Assembly (NCBI RefSeq): GCF_009834535.1
Contig: NC_045704.1
Coordinates: 44,330,001-44,394,000 of the forward strand
Length of the DNA: 64,000 nucleotides
Origin: Camelus ferus
Lineage: Eukaryota
Reading direction: 5' to 3'
How positions within the stretch are numbered: position 1 is the stretch's first letter; the number at the start of each line of letters is the position of its first letter. The position numbers were made by a program, and so were the translations under genes. Positions 61,164-64,000 of the stretch are shown here, piece after piece. Below the pieces are notes generated by a model. The model saw only the letters and a program-made list of their open reading frames with translations, was not told the DNA's origin and did not search any database.

Positions 61164-62849
61164 CATAAGGAATCTGTGACTCGAGGGGCAGGCTTTAGGC
61201 TCTTGGGGTTTTGTAGAGGAGAGCAGGGTGGAGGTAGGAAGATACCTTGCCTGGCCTCTCACACCTGGGCCACCCCACCCACACCCTAGTCAAGTAGCCA
61301 CTCCCTGTGGAGCATACCTGCTGACTGGCACAACCCCAGGGGCCACAGGAGGGCAAGAGAAGCTCACATTCTGAGACTGGCTTGAGAGGCAAGATTAGCC
61401 TAAGAGATAGTCAGGTTGTATGGCACTGACCCTAAGTTGGAGAGGCTGAGATTTGTGTGGACTCGGGAATCCTTGTGTGTCCTTGGCGGGGGGCCTGAAG
61501 GACAAGTTAGATTTTGACTCATGGAGAGAAGAGGGAAGACATTCCTGTTTGAAAGAATAAGAGCAAAGACACGCTCTTTTCGACCTTGTCCTACCCCAAA
61601 TATAACTTCATAGAACCCTCATTTTTATAACTGAGGACTCAAAAAACCAAGAAGTTAAGGGGCCTACCCAGGTTACACAGGTAGTGGAGAGGTGTTCTGC
61701 TCAATGGTAGATTGATGTGGGAGCTCCAGATTTACAGCTCTTCACATTTCAAAGTGACACTGCGAGAGATTAAAGGTGCAAAATGAGGGTCCTGAATGAC
61801 TTCACAAAGTGGGAATGATGGGCCCATTTTAATATGAAATTCAAAACAAATTCATGACAACATGATATAATAATACCTAATCACTACAATCCCCTCTCCC
61901 CTAGAAGTAAAAATCATTACACCCCTCTCTCCCACCACCATGAAAGGATGAGATGTAGACTTAGCAGCAGCCTAGGTGAGAAACGTGGGTTAACACTGAA
62001 GAGGTGTTACTAAAAGATAATTTGGTCCAACTAAGAGAAGAAAGAGACAACTCTGCCCTTAGTCCAGGCTTACAGGAAGGAACCATATTTGGGGCAGCCT
62101 TTGATACAGTGTGGCCATGAGAGAGAACCTTCCTTAGGAGGTGGTGCCTTGTCGCTGACCTTGAATAAGCAGAGATGGGACATTTGTTTACTGAGGCTGT
62201 TGCAGAGGGGATGTGCCCAGGAGGTAAAGGCTTCTTGGGCTACTGTCTGGAACCCTGGTTGAGAATCGTAGCACCTTCTCTCTACTTCTAAATTGCTTGA
62301 ATTAACGTGGTACGTGTTAGGACAGATGAAGTCAGGCCTAATTAGAGCAGACTGCCTTTGGGAGTGGTAGGAGGTAAAATGTTAAGGGGCAGGCTCTGGA
62401 GGTTTGTCCTGGCAGGGCCAGCATAAGACCACTCAGTTTCTCCAAGGCTCCAGAAATTACTTGTCTGGAAGCATCCCTTTGATGTGGTGGCGGTACTGAT
62501 ACCTTACCAGGACTGTGCTGGGCTTCTGGGGAAGGAAGAATAAACGGCTTATCAACTTAAAAGGGCTTGAGACTCAGCCAGGGATTCCACAAAACAACTT
62601 AAAAAGACTTGTACATGGATTTTTGGGCCAACACTTGGAAAACATATCCAGATCTGGAATGGAGCTCAGGAATCTACACTTTGAACAAGCTTCCTGGGCA
62701 GTTCTACCATAGTGGTCCATGGATAGTGACACTTTTGAGTCAGTGGGCAATATTAAAAACTGCACCATCCAATAGATGTAAACAAGGAATGTTCAAGACA
62801 GGGATGTATAGTTATTCTATGCATGAATCACATTTGAGAAAAGCTAGCA

Positions 62850-62990
62850 TGGTGGTTATAAGAACACAACTCTTAGGACAGACAGCCCAGATTCTGTCCC
62901 AAAATCTGTGTGATTTTGAGCAAGTTCTTTTATCCTTCTGATTTTGTTTCTTCATATGGAAAAGAGCTATGATTGTACATTTAGCCCTAT
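62850..62990 (+). mobile_element. MIR SINE
   Basis: gacagacagcccagattctgtcccaaaatctgtgtgattttgagcaag...tgattttgtttcttcatatggaaaa. Confidence 0.65.
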
Positions 62991-63642
62991 ATTCTCTTTT
63001 GGCAAAGGTTGCTCTGGGCCCATTTCTGTTCTCTGCCACTTAATCCTTTTCAGTGTGCAAGTATCTTTAAGTTGTTTTGTGAAGTATCATATTTGACTTT
63101 CAATTGTTCATTACCTTAGGCAAAGCTTATATAATGCTGCAGAGACTAGAAACTCGGAGATAATGAGAGGATGCTATATGCATATTTGGCCAGTTTTGTT
63201 AAGAAGTTTAACCTTCTCTCCTCTTCCTTTGCCACCAAGAGCTTGGATAGAAGGCACAGACTGGAAATGCACAATAAACAATACTTCTGTCAGTCTGCCA
63301 TTTATTCTTTTGCCAGTACTTCCCAGATAGATTTCACTAAGTGCCTAAGCTTGTCACGGCCACTGTTGGTGAAGAAAATTTCTCTCTACTGTTAGTCACA
63401 ATCCTTTTCTATTCTCCTGGGGGCCTAATGGATGTTTTAGGGGCAAGAAATAAGATCTAAATAAAATCTAAATTAAAACATCAATTTAATGAAAGAGCCC
63501 TAGTCCTAGGTGTGGTAATTTGGAGTTGGAATCTTCTCAGAATCCAGGGAATTCTGCCCCAATGGAAAGTATTATTAGGGGACAACCACAGCAACATCAC
63601 TTATTTTTAGAAATCATGACATAATACAAAGCCAAAATCGAC

Positions 63643-63655
63643 TTTATTTTTTATT
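63643..63655 (-). terminator. DDX28 tandem polyA signals (AATAAA x2)
   Basis: tttatt at 63643-63648 and 63650-63655, about 200 nt after the stop. Confidence 0.7.
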
Positions 63656-63855
63656 ATGTGAAAGACTATAGAGAGCCATGCTCAGCAGGTCAGTCTCCAA
63701 TGCTGGCCAGCAGCTTGTCTTTTGAAGCCAGACAGCAGCTAACCAGGCCTTCAGGAAGGTGAATAGGCGCCCCAAGCATCCTACTGACAAGTGTTCACCC
63801 ACCCAGCACACAAAGAATGATCCCTGTTACAGCATCACATTTAAGCCAGCTGCAA

Positions 63856-64000
63856 TCAGGTTGACTGGCACAAAGGCTCTCTCACTGAGGACCCGAGTCC
63901 TGGAAGGCTTCGCTTCCGGCGAGCTGCCAGCTCAATCTTCTGAACCAGGTTCACATCCCAGGGATGGGTCACAAAGCTGATAACGGTGCCTGGTACCTTG
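63856..64000 (-). CDS. DDX28: DEAD-box helicase 28 (mitochondrial), C-terminal 47 codons only
   Basis: [47 protein letters not shown]; stop TGA at 63856-63858; expected syntenic neighbour. Not in the ORF track because the frame runs off the window. Confidence 0.92.
   Translation of the reverse strand, partial: KVPGTVISFVTHPWDVNLVQKIELAARRKRSLPGLGSSVREPLCQST

Overview
Mammalian genomic DNA, most likely a camelid: two tRNA-derived SINEs look like the camelid vic-1 type. The window is syntenic with human 16q22.1 and holds eight genes in a row, all on the minus strand. In order they are CTRL (a pseudogene here), PSMB10, LCAT, SLC12A4/KCC1 (24 exons, two alternative first exons, two U12-type introns), DPEP3, DPEP2, DPEP2NB and the last 47 codons of DDX28. 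I traced exon boundaries by hand. The six complete genes have GT-AG introns with consistent phase and sum to whole open frames: PSMB10 273 aa, LCAT 440 aa, SLC12A4 1086 aa, DPEP3 480 aa, DPEP2 458 aa, DPEP2NB 122 aa. Main leads: (1) CTRL has several independent inactivating lesions; (2) a decayed paralogue of DPEP2NB exon 2, or an alternative terminal exon, lies about 2 kb downstream of it; (3) a perfect STAT site sits inside SLC12A4 coding exon 22, where it could regulate LCAT; (4) DPEP3 has an extra metal-ligand change, HND to HNH; (5) DPEP2 and DPEP3 show signs of gene conversion; (6) several recent local duplications. Comparisons with human proteins come from memory, not from a search. Repeat subfamily names and boundaries are approximate.
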